From Pseudomonas aeruginosa (GTDB taxonomy: Bacteria > Pseudomonadota > Gammaproteobacteria > Pseudomonadales > Pseudomonadaceae), in the NCBI RefSeq assembly GCF_001457615.1, contig NZ_LN831024.1, forward strand, positions 4,950,001-4,982,000: a DNA stretch of 32,000 bases, given 5' to 3'. The notes under the pieces are model-generated. The model was not told where the DNA came from, searched no databases, and saw only the letters and a list, made by a program, of their open reading frames with translations. Of the stretch, positions 1 through 8,580 are shown piece by piece (the stretch's first letter is position 1; each line of letters opens with the position of its first letter). A program made the translations under genes and the position numbers.

Positions 1-281
1 TTCATGTAGAACAGCCGCACGCCGGCCTGGCGGATCGACTCGAACAGCCGTTCTGCCTGCTCGGGATCGACCGCCATGAGGATTTCCTGCGGCTGGTCGG
101 CCAGCTCGAAGAAGTGCATCGAATGCAGCCGGCCGCTCTGGCCGAAGCCTTCGCTGGCAGCCAGCGCGGTGGCACCGCGCACGCCCAGGCGGCGCGCCTC
201 TTCCAGCAGCCAGTCGCAGATCGGCTGGCCCTGGTGGCGGCGCCCCTGCTGGGTGATGAAGGTCAGTTGATAGCCTTGCAT
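1..281 (-). CDS. DUF190/UPF0166 family protein (crcB-associated, PII-like); 5' part only, 3' end beyond left edge of window
   Basis: Not in the ORF track because it has no stop inside the window. Manual reverse translation from ATG at 281..279 gives MQGYQLTFITQQGRRHQGQPICDWLLEEARRLGVRGATALAASEGFGQSGRLHSMHFFELADQPQEILMAVDPEQAERLFESIRQAGVRLFYM.., open to the edge. A GGAGGA SD lies 6-7 nt upstream. The gene starts 19 nt downstream of the crcB stop. The pattern (GxxGATVxxxxxGFG...) fits DUF190. Confidence 0.75.
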   Translation of the reverse strand, partial: MQGYQLTFITQQGRRHQGQPICDWLLEEARRLGVRGATALAASEGFGQSGRLHSMHFFELADQPQEILMAVDPEQAERLFESIRQAGVRLFYM

Positions 282-300
282 GGTCGGTCCTCCCGCTGCG

Positions 301-683
301 CTATTTGCCCAGCATCCAGTTCATCGAGAACAACCCCAGCAGGGTCATCAGCAACGAGCCGCTGACGTGCGTCGCGATGGCCCCGGCGGCCCAGCCCAGG
401 CGGCCCTCCTGAAGCAGGCTGACGACCTCGGCGGAAAAGGTGGAGAAAGTGGTCAGGCCGCCGCAGAACCCGGTGATGATCAGTAGCCGCCATTCCGGAG
501 CGATGCCCGGCGCCTGGGCGAAATAGGCAATCGCCGCGCCGATGACATAGCCGCCGACCAGGTTGGCCAGCAGCGTGCCGGGGGAATGCTGGGCAGCAGG
601 CTGTTCAGCTTGAGCCCGAGGAACCAGCGCAGCAACGCCCCCAGGGCGGCGCCGAGGGCGATGGCGAGAATGGATTTCCACAT
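301..683 (-). pseudogene. crcB: crcB fluoride channel (Fluc/CrcB), reading frame interrupted by an apparent 1-nt deletion
   Basis: The N-terminal 35 codons ([35 protein letters not shown]) start at ATG 683 with an AAGGA SD. They lie in the frame of ORF 480..821. The remaining 92 codons ([14 protein letters not shown]...[12 protein letters not shown]...NWMLGK) lie in the frame of ORF 301..681. 683..301 is 383 nt; one more base would give 127 aa plus stop, the usual CrcB length. The frames switch at minus-strand ATTCCCCCGGCACG (plus 574..587). Confidence 0.85.
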
Positions 684-686
684 AGT

Positions 687-715
687 CCTGTCCTTGTAGG
701 AGCGATTCGGACAGG
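687..715 (-). promoter_or_regulatory. Hairpin overlapping the crcB Shine-Dalgarno sequence (putative translational expression platform of the riboswitch)
   Basis: Minus strand CCUGUCC-N15-GGACAGG forms a 7-bp stem. The 3' arm overlaps the AAGGA SD directly upstream of ATG 683. No U-tract follows, so translational rather than terminator control is inferred. Confidence 0.45.
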
Positions 716-749
716 CGGCAGGCGAGCGCCTACGCGCCTTTCCAGGTTC

Positions 750-803
750 ATGCGTAGGCATCATCAGCCCCAGGGGCGGTTGAAGGAGGAATGCCATCTC
801 CTG
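750..803 (-). promoter_or_regulatory. Fluoride riboswitch aptamer (crcB RNA motif)
   Basis: The minus strand reads GGAGAUGGCAUUCCUCCUUCAACCGCCCCUGGGGCUGAUGAUGCCUACGC. This matches the crcB-motif architecture: a P1 stem GGAG/CUCC, a loop GGCAU able to pseudoknot with the 3' AUGCC, and the conserved AACCGCC and GCUGAUGA..CCUAC blocks. It lies about 70 nt upstream of the crcB ATG. Confidence 0.8.
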
Positions 804-809
804 TCGGCA

Positions 810-838
810 AGATTGGCACAAAGCGAGGCACCTATCAA
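810..838 (-). promoter_or_regulatory. Candidate sigma-70 promoter for the riboswitch-crcB transcript
   Basis: Minus strand TTGATA (838..833), a 17-nt spacer, then CAATCT (815..810), ending about 8 nt before the aptamer. The -10 is weak. Confidence 0.3.
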
Positions 839-911
839 AGGCCGGAGTACGCCGGATCGCCCGAAGCGTGCCAGTCTAGGGAACCTTCCCCCTTCCTTCG
901 CCGGAGCCCCC

Positions 912-1598
912 ATGCGCCCAGTCCTGCTGCTTTGCTGCCTGTTCCTGTCCGCCACCGCCCAGGCCGAGGATTGCTCGCCGCAAACCTCTGTCGGTAGCTG
1001 GTGCGAGCTGCCGCTCGCGGCCCTCCACCCGACCCAGCAGAATGTCGGCCTGCTGCAGGTCGAGGATGACCAGGCCAAGCTCGCCGGGAAGAAGCCCAAG
1101 GCTCTCGAGCGCTACTTGCGCAAGAAGGAGATTCCGGTGGTGATCGGCCCCGGCGGCCGCTTCTACCTCACCGATCGCCATCACCTGAGTAGCGCGCTCT
1201 GGCGCCTGGACCCGAAACAGGGCGTGCCGGTGAAGGTGATCGGCCGGCTACCCCAGGCCAGCGACTTCTGGGAGAAGATGCAGGAAAACCACTGGGTCTG
1301 GCTGCACGATGCGCGTGGCGCGGAGATCCCGCCCGAGGCCCTGCCGGACGCTCTCGCCGGGCTTGGCGACGATCCCTACCGCGCCCTGGCCGGCTACGCC
1401 GAGGACGAGAACGCCTTCGACAAGGATCGGCAGAGCTATTTCATCGAATTCCACTGGGCGCGCTATTTCGGCGAACGCATGCACTGGCGGCCGATCAGCC
1501 GCGCCACTCTGCCCGACGACCTGAAGCAGGCACTGCGCCTGGCCTGCGAACCGGCGGCAAGGGAGCTGCCGGGCTACCGCCAGGACTGCCCGCACTGA
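912..1598 (+). CDS. Secreted ParB-like nuclease domain protein (ParBc_2-type)
   Basis: Part of ORF 750..1598. I place the start at ATG 912 (MRPVLLLCCLFLSATAQA|EDCS), which gives a classic signal peptide with an AQA cleavage motif. LHPTQQNV and YLTDRHH motifs are typical of the putative ParB-like nuclease family. Confidence 0.7.
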   Translation: MRPVLLLCCLFLSATAQAEDCSPQTSVGSWCELPLAALHPTQQNVGLLQVEDDQAKLAGKKPKALERYLRKKEIPVVIGPGGRFYLTDRHHLSSALWRLDPKQGVPVKVIGRLPQASDFWEKMQENHWVWLHDARGAEIPPEALPDALAGLGDDPYRALAGYAEDENAFDKDRQSYFIEFHWARYFGERMHWRPISRATLPDDLKQALRLACEPAARELPGYRQDCPH

Positions 1599-1603
1599 GG
1601 AAT

Positions 1604-1630
1604 AAAAAAGCCCCGCCGAAGCGGGCTTTT
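1604..1630. terminator. Bidirectional rho-independent terminator between the ParB-like gene and groEL
   Basis: AAAAAA-GCCCCGC-CGAA-GCGGGC-TTTT. A GC stem with one bulge is flanked by an A-run and a T-run, between convergent genes. Confidence 0.75.
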
Positions 1631-1652
1631 CCAACCACAGGGGCCGGTCGGC

Positions 1653-3308
<1,656 letters not shown>

Positions 3309-3346
3309 CTAAATCGAATTCGGTGAAAACGGAGTGGTGAGACCGA

Positions 3347-3640
3347 TCAGTCTTCCAGGACGGCGAGGATTTCGGACTCGCCCATCACCAGCAGTTCCTC
3401 GCCATCGACCTTGATGGCGTTGCTGCCGGAGTAAGGCCCGAAGACCACCTTGTCGCCCACCTTCACTGCCAGAGCGCGCACTTCGCCGTTGTCCAGTACA
3501 CGACCGGTACCTACGGCTACCACTTCACCGCGGTTCGGCTTCTCGGCGGCGGAACCCGGCAGCACGATGCCGCCTGCGGTCTTGGTCTCTTCCTCGCTGC
3601 GACGGATAACGACGCGATCATGCAGAGGACGAAGCTTCAT
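3347..3640 (-). CDS. groES: Co-chaperonin GroES (Cpn10)
   Basis: 97-aa [17 protein letters not shown]...; 50 nt upstream of groEL. Confidence 0.99.
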
Positions 3641-3786
3641 AGTCGTAACTCTCCCAAACAGTGGTTTCCAACGGCCGGATCGAAGTCCGGCGGGTTTTGT
3701 TGAAGCCGGCGTTGCCGGGTTGCGACTCGACGCGCGAGCCGCGTAAGACAGCCTGCCCTTGTGGCAGGGACCTTGCGGTGACCGTT

Positions 3787-3814
3787 ACATAAGGTCGCCA
3801 CAAGCCATTTCAAG
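3787..3814 (-). promoter_or_regulatory. Sigma-32 (RpoH) type heat-shock promoter of groES-groEL
   Basis: Minus strand CCCTTGAAA (-35; CTTGAAA = 3814..3808), a 13-nt spacer, then CCTTATGTA (-10; 3794..3787). Consensus is CCCTTGAA-N13-15-CCCCATNTA. This leaves a leader of about 145 nt. Confidence 0.6.
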
Positions 3815-3836
3815 GGCATGCAGTGAAATTTTTTTT

Positions 3837-4304
3837 TCAGTTGCGCGAATCGTCGCGGCGCTCGTACTCGCCCTCGATGACGTTCGGCCGCGACGGACCC
3901 TGTCCGTAGCGGGCGTTCAGGTCGTCGGCGAAGGCGCGCCGGCGCAGCGCCTGCTGTTCGACGCGGCGGCGCAGGCCGCCGAGCATCAGGCGACGGGTGA
4001 AAGGAATCAGGCAGAGGATGCCGAAGATGTCGCTGATGAAACCCGGCAGCATCAGCAGGCCGCCGCCGACGGCGATCAACAGGCCTTCGAGCATTTCCTG
4101 CTCCGGCAGTTCGCCACGGGCCAGTCGTTCGCGGGCGCGCCAGGCGGTGGCCACGCCGGCCACGCGCAACAATGCAGCACCGATGAAGGCGCTGGCGACG
4201 ATCAGGAACAGGGTCCAGCCGACCCCGATGACACTGCCGACCTTGATCAGGACGGCCAGCTCGACCAGCGGGAAGAGCAACAGCAGAAAGAGGAAAGCGC
4301 GCAT
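3837..4304 (-). CDS. fxsA: FxsA family inner-membrane protein
   Basis: Part of ORF 3837..4376. Start placed at ATG 4304 ([23 protein letters not shown]...) with an AAGGA SD. The [12 protein letters not shown] motif and basic C-terminal tail are typical of FxsA. Confidence 0.85.
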   Translation of the reverse strand: MRAFLFLLLLFPLVELAVLIKVGSVIGVGWTLFLIVASAFIGAALLRVAGVATAWRARERLARGELPEQEMLEGLLIAVGGGLLMLPGFISDIFGILCLIPFTRRLMLGGLRRRVEQQALRRRAFADDLNARYGQGPSRPNVIEGEYERRDDSRN

Positions 4305-4372
4305 TTCAGAGTCCTTGGCGGGGCCCGTTTGCCCCCGGTACCACCAGTAGTTGGCGCCAGCCGGGGAAGAAT

Positions 4373-5107
4373 TCAACCCTGCTCCGGCTCGACGGTAGGC
4401 CAGCGCTCGGCCCTGGCCAATTGCACCAGCGCCTGGCGCACGGCCCCGGGGTTGCCGCAGGCGGCGGGGAACGGCAGCCAGTGCAGGCCCTGGCCGATGC
4501 GCAGGTGGAAACCTTCTGTATCAATTCCCGCCAGCTGCGCCGCGGCATGCGCCGGCAGTCCGGCCAGTTCCACATAGTGGGCGATGGCGGCGGCGTGGTC
4601 GCTGTTCATGTGCTCGACCATGCCGCGCTCGGCTTCTCCGGCGAACGGATTGGCCAGCGGCACGCGCTCGGCGGCCAGCCAGTGGATCGCGCCGAAACCG
4701 CCGATGAAACGCCACTGGACCGGCTGCAGCACCCAGAAGTCGAAATCGTGGACCCGATGGTAGTCGGCGGACTCGGGGAAATAGCGGTAGTAACGCTCGG
4801 CCGCCGCGGCGACCTCCTCCTCCGCCAATTGCCGCGCCTCGGCCAGCAGGGTGAGGCGGCCGACAGCCTGGATATCCTCGGCGCCGCGCTCGCCTACCAG
4901 CATCGAGCAGCGCGGGTCCGCCTGCAGGTTGTGGGTGTGCTGGGCGATCCGGCTGATCAGGATCAGCGGCCGGCCTTCGGCATCCAGGCAATAGGGAACC
5001 ACCGAGCCGAAAGGAAAGCCCGGCCATTTCTTCGAGTGGGTGGAAAGGACCGCACGGTATTCCTTGAGCAGCAATTCTCGGGCATTCTTTGCAGCTTCAA
5101 CGCTCAA
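4373..5107 (-). CDS. HugZ/heme-utilisation-like protein: PNPOx-like FMN-binding split barrel plus DUF2470
   Basis: This is the C-terminal 244 codons of the chimeric 538-aa ORF 4373..5989. There is no in-frame ATG. TTG at 5107..5105 is preceded by AAGGAG at 7-nt spacing. Sequence (M)[12 protein letters not shown]...[30 protein letters not shown]...[12 protein letters not shown] fits the family. Confidence 0.7.
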   Translation of the reverse strand: MSVEAAKNARELLLKEYRAVLSTHSKKWPGFPFGSVVPYCLDAEGRPLILISRIAQHTHNLQADPRCSMLVGERGAEDIQAVGRLTLLAEARQLAEEEVAAAAERYYRYFPESADYHRVHDFDFWVLQPVQWRFIGGFGAIHWLAAERVPLANPFAGEAERGMVEHMNSDHAAAIAHYVELAGLPAHAAAQLAGIDTEGFHLRIGQGLHWLPFPAACGNPGAVRQALVQLARAERWPTVEPEQG

Positions 5108-5215
5108 TTTATGACTCCTTGCATAGAATCCGTCGTAAACGGACGGGCATATCAAAGTACGTTCGCAGGTGCCGGCAAGGTCCGCTTCCAGAAACTGCTC
5201 GTGGGGTTCCAAGCA

Positions 5216-5974
5216 ATGCAATTGAAAGACAAGGTCATCATCATCACCGGCGGCTGCCAGGGGCTCGGCCGAGCAATGGGCGAATATCTCGCCGGCAAGG
5301 GCGCCAGGCTGGCCCTGGTCGATCTCAACCGCGAACGTCTCGACGAAGCCGTCGCTGCCTGCAAGGCCGCCGGCGGCGACGCTCGCGCCTACGTGTGCAA
5401 CGTGGCGGACGAGGAACAGGTTACCCACATGGTGGCCCAGGTCGCCAGCGACTTCGGCGCGATCAACGGCCTGGTCAACAACGCCGGCATCCTCCGCGAC
5501 GGCCTGACCATCAAGGTCAAGGACGGCCAGTTGAGCAAGATGAGCCTGGCCCAATGGCAATCGGTGATCGACGTCAACCTCACCGGTGTGTTCCTCTGCA
5601 CCCGCGAAGTGGCGGCGAAGATGATCGAGCTGAAGAACGAAGGCGCGATCGTCAACATTTCCTCGATCTCCCGCGCCGGCAACATGGGCCAGGCCAACTA
5701 CTCGGCAGCCAAGGCCGGGGTGGCCGCGGATACCGTGGTCTGGGCGAAGGAACTGGCGCGCTACGGCATCCGCGTGGCCGGCGTGGCGCCGGGCTTCATC
5801 GAGACCGAGATGACCGCCGGGATGAAACCCGAGGCGCTGGAGAAGATGACCGCCGGCATCCCCCTCAAGCGTATGGGCAAGCCGGTGGAGATCGCCCACT
5901 CGGTGGCCTACATCTTCGAGAACGACTACTACACCGGCCGCGTTCTCGAACTGGACGGCGGCCTGCGCCTGTAG
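5216..5974 (+). CDS. Short-chain dehydrogenase/reductase (FabG-like)
   Basis: This is the C-terminal 252 codons of ORF 4421..5974. Start at ATG 5216 ([18 protein letters not shown]). Motifs present: TGxxxGxG, NNAG and YSAAK (YxxxK). Confidence 0.9.
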   Translation: MQLKDKVIIITGGCQGLGRAMGEYLAGKGARLALVDLNRERLDEAVAACKAAGGDARAYVCNVADEEQVTHMVAQVASDFGAINGLVNNAGILRDGLTIKVKDGQLSKMSLAQWQSVIDVNLTGVFLCTREVAAKMIELKNEGAIVNISSISRAGNMGQANYSAAKAGVAADTVVWAKELARYGIRVAGVAPGFIETEMTAGMKPEALEKMTAGIPLKRMGKPVEIAHSVAYIFENDYYTGRVLELDGGLRL

Positions 5975-5991
5975 GCCCCGGCCCCGCAAGG

Positions 5992-6019
5992 AAAAAGCCC
6001 CGCTATCGCGGGGCTTTTT
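5992..6019. terminator. Bidirectional rho-independent terminator
   Basis: AAAAA-GCCCCGC-TATC-GCGGGGC-TTTTT. A perfect 7-bp GC stem between convergent genes. Confidence 0.85.
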
Positions 6020-6032
6020 CGTGCAGGCCGGC

Positions 6033-7034
6033 TTACCAGCCGACCCCGAGGCCGAAGGTATAGCGGCGCTGGTTGACGTTGCCGTCGTTGCCGCTGAACT
6101 TGTCCCATTCCGCCTTCATGCTCAGCGAAGCCCAGCTGGTCAGCTTGTAGCGGATCCCCGCCTCGGTCTGCAGCTCGTAGTCCAGGCCGGATTGCAGCGG
6201 CTTGCTGACCTCGCCGTTGGTGAACAGCTCGAACTGCTTGGCCAGCAGGTAGCGGTTGTAGTCCCACTTGAAGCTCGACGAATAGAAGTGCTCCTTCTCG
6301 CCATCGGCGAACTCGTAGTCGTTGCGGTTGACCAGGGTGGCGATGGAGAACGCGCCCAGCTCGTTGTCCCAGAACTGGTAGCCGGGGCCGGTACCGACGG
6401 TACGCTTCTTCGCCAGGTCCTCGATCATGTCGCGCTTGTAGGCGACCTGGCCCTGCCAGAACCAGTGGTCGTCGATGAAGCGGTCCAGCGCGTACTGGCC
6501 GGAATAATTGTCGGTGCTGACCTGGCCGTTCTTCTTCTCGCGGTTGTACTCGCCCTGCACGTTGTGGCGCCAGAGTCCGTGGCGGGCGTTGGTCTTGAAA
6601 TCGATGTCGTAGTCGGACACATCGTTCTCGGCCTGCTTGCGGTCCAGCGAGAAATCGACGTTGCCGTTCCATACCCAGTCCTGGAGGATCGGCTTGGGCG
6701 GCATCATCTGCTGGATGCTGGCCAGCTCCACGGTCTTCGGCTCGCCGTTGACCAGGGTCACCTGGCCCGGCCCGGCGGCCTTGATGCCCTTGGAGTGCTC
6801 GCCAGTCTCGGCATCCTGCTTGACCAGCAGGTTCTGCTCGCTCTCGAAGGTGGAGATCTTGTCCCACTTGAGCGTGATGTCGCCGCCATAGTCGGTCTTC
6901 AGCAGCAGCTTGCCGCCGTCGAACAGGGTGATCTTGCCGGTAAGGCGGTCACCGTTCTTCATCCAGACCGTATCGGCAAGGGCAGAGGTGGAACTTGCAA
7001 GGGCAGCGAGGCACAGCAGGATTCTCGACAACAT
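6033..7034 (-). CDS. DUF481 family outer-membrane beta-barrel protein (paralog 1)
   Basis: ORF 6033..7040; ATG at 7034 is preferred over GTG at 7040. Signal peptide ...SSTSALA|DTVW. The C-terminal GLGVGW ends in an aromatic residue as in OMP barrels. The GTGPGYQFWD motif is shared with its neighbour. Confidence 0.8.
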   Translation of the reverse strand: MLSRILLCLAALASSTSALADTVWMKNGDRLTGKITLFDGGKLLLKTDYGGDITLKWDKISTFESEQNLLVKQDAETGEHSKGIKAAGPGQVTLVNGEPKTVELASIQQMMPPKPILQDWVWNGNVDFSLDRKQAENDVSDYDIDFKTNARHGLWRHNVQGEYNREKKNGQVSTDNYSGQYALDRFIDDHWFWQGQVAYKRDMIEDLAKKRTVGTGPGYQFWDNELGAFSIATLVNRNDYEFADGEKEHFYSSSFKWDYNRYLLAKQFELFTNGEVSKPLQSGLDYELQTEAGIRYKLTSWASLSMKAEWDKFSGNDGNVNQRRYTFGLGVGW

Positions 7035-7154
7035 GAGCACAAATCAACTGAGTTGGGTTCGAAGAGGCCGGCATTATCCAAATGCCGGGCGGCAGAGCAA
7101 GGACCGGGGCACGGGCGGTAAAGTTCAGCCGGATCGACCGAAAGGTGAGCCGCG

Positions 7155-8156
7155 TCACCAGCCGACGCCGACCCCGATCAGGTAATGCCGGTCGGACTGG
7201 GTGCCCCCCTCGGTGCGCAACTGGTCCAGTTCATAGAGGAACGAAAGACGCGCCCAACTGTTCAGGCGATAGCGCAGGCCGTATTCGCTGTCGAGCAGGT
7301 AGTCGATCCGCTCGATGCCGGGAACCAGCACGGTTCCCTTGCTGTACAGCTCCAGCCGGGTGCCGGCGAGCAGCCGCTTGTAGTCCCACTCCAGCGAATA
7401 GGAGGTGAAATCCTCGCGCGGCTGATCGCGCCACTCCAGTTGCCAGCGACTGATCTCGGCGACCAGGTCGAAACGCCCGAGTTCGTCGTCCCAGAACTGG
7501 TAGCCGGGGCCGGTTCCCAGCGCGCTCTGGCGCTCCAGGTTGTCGATCGCATCGTGCTTCTGCGAATAGCTGCCGCGCCAGAACCAGTGTTCGTCGAAGA
7601 AGCGATCGAGGTCGTAGTCCAGCTCCCAGTTGTCCTCGACCTTGCGCCCGTCCTTCTTTTCCCGCTCCACTTCCCCCGCCAGCACGTGGCGCCAGGCACC
7701 GTGGCGAAGCCGGGTATCGCCCTTGAGCTTCCATTCGTCCTTGTCGCTGTCGTTGCGCTTGCTGTCCAGCTTGACGTCGAGATTGCCCTCCCAGACCAGG
7801 TCCTCCACCAGCGGTCGCGGTGGCACCATCTGGCGAATACTGGCCAGCGGGACGGTATGGCTGCCGCCATCGACGATCCGCACCATGCCCTTGCCCGCCG
7901 CCTCCAGGGTTCGGCTACGCTGCCCGGATACGCCCTGCTGCTTGATCAGCAGGGGTTTGTCGGAACTGATGGTGTCGATATCCTTCCAATCGATCAGCAC
8001 CTGGCCGGCATAACGGGTCTTCAGCGCCAGCTTGCCGCCGTCCATCAGCACGATCTCGCCGGACAGGCGGTCGCCGTTGTCCAGCCATACGGTGTCGGCC
8101 AGCGCGGGGCCGGCCAGGAGCATCACGACGATTGAACAGAGGGCTCTGAGCGACAT
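7155..8156 (-). CDS. DUF481 family outer-membrane beta-barrel protein (paralog 2)
   Basis: 333-aa ORF. Signal peptide MSLRALCSIVVMLLAGPALA|DTVW, C-terminal GVGVGW. Colinear with 6033..7034 over its whole length. Confidence 0.8.
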   Translation of the reverse strand: MSLRALCSIVVMLLAGPALADTVWLDNGDRLSGEIVLMDGGKLALKTRYAGQVLIDWKDIDTISSDKPLLIKQQGVSGQRSRTLEAAGKGMVRIVDGGSHTVPLASIRQMVPPRPLVEDLVWEGNLDVKLDSKRNDSDKDEWKLKGDTRLRHGAWRHVLAGEVEREKKDGRKVEDNWELDYDLDRFFDEHWFWRGSYSQKHDAIDNLERQSALGTGPGYQFWDDELGRFDLVAEISRWQLEWRDQPREDFTSYSLEWDYKRLLAGTRLELYSKGTVLVPGIERIDYLLDSEYGLRYRLNSWARLSFLYELDQLRTEGGTQSDRHYLIGVGVGW

Positions 8157-8538
8157 GGGCGTTCACAAGGCGGACAGGAAAGGGAAAACCGATGAGCATG
8201 CATGGGCCGGCAGCGACCCGGCAAGTGCCCAGGCGCGCCGCGAGGCCCTGTACCTGGTGCTGGCGCAGGTGCCGCCGGGGCAGGTGGTCAGCTACGGGCA
8301 ACTGGCCGAACTGGCCGGCCTAGGCCGCGCCGCCCGCTGGGTCGGCAGGACGCTCAGCCAGTTGCCGGTGGATACCCGCCTGCCCTGGCATCGGGTTCTC
8401 GGCGCCGGCGGTCGCATCAGCCTGCCGGCGGACAGTCCCGGCGGTCGCGAACAACGCGCACGCTTGCGCGAGGAAGGCGTTCTCCTGCACAACGACAGGG
8501 TGGACATACGTCGGCATGGCTGGCTTACAGCGAAGTAG
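8155..8538 (+). CDS. Alkyltransferase-like (ATL) protein: MGMT-family DNA-binding domain without the acceptor cysteine
   Basis: Part of ORF 8032..8538. The first in-frame ATG is 8155, and the start is uncertain. The sequence ...VPPGQVVSYGQLAELAGLGRAARWVGRTL...LPWHRVLGAGGRISL resembles E. coli YbaZ, with PWHRV in place of PCHRV. Confidence 0.7.
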   Translation: MGVHKADRKGKTDEHAWAGSDPASAQARREALYLVLAQVPPGQVVSYGQLAELAGLGRAARWVGRTLSQLPVDTRLPWHRVLGAGGRISLPADSPGGREQRARLREEGVLLHNDRVDIRRHGWLTAK

Positions 8539-8580
8539 AGCGGTTAGAGTGCGCGTTATTTTTTGCGGAACGGTTACCCC

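Noticed and set aside
4373-5989. 538-aa minus ORF and 517-aa plus ORF (4421..5974) that span the same 1.6 kb
   Set aside because: Each is a chimera. Only the 3' 244 codons of the minus ORF (HugZ-like) and the 3' 252 codons of the plus ORF (SDR) look like real proteins. The remainder of each is the antisense of the other gene. Starts were reset to TTG 5107 and ATG 5216.
8192-8323. 43-codon ORF with the best SD in the DUF481/ATL intergenic area
   Set aside because: The product (MSMHGPAATRQVPRRAARPCTWCW...) is out of frame with the ATL domain and looks like a frame artefact. I kept it only as context for the start-codon overlap finding.
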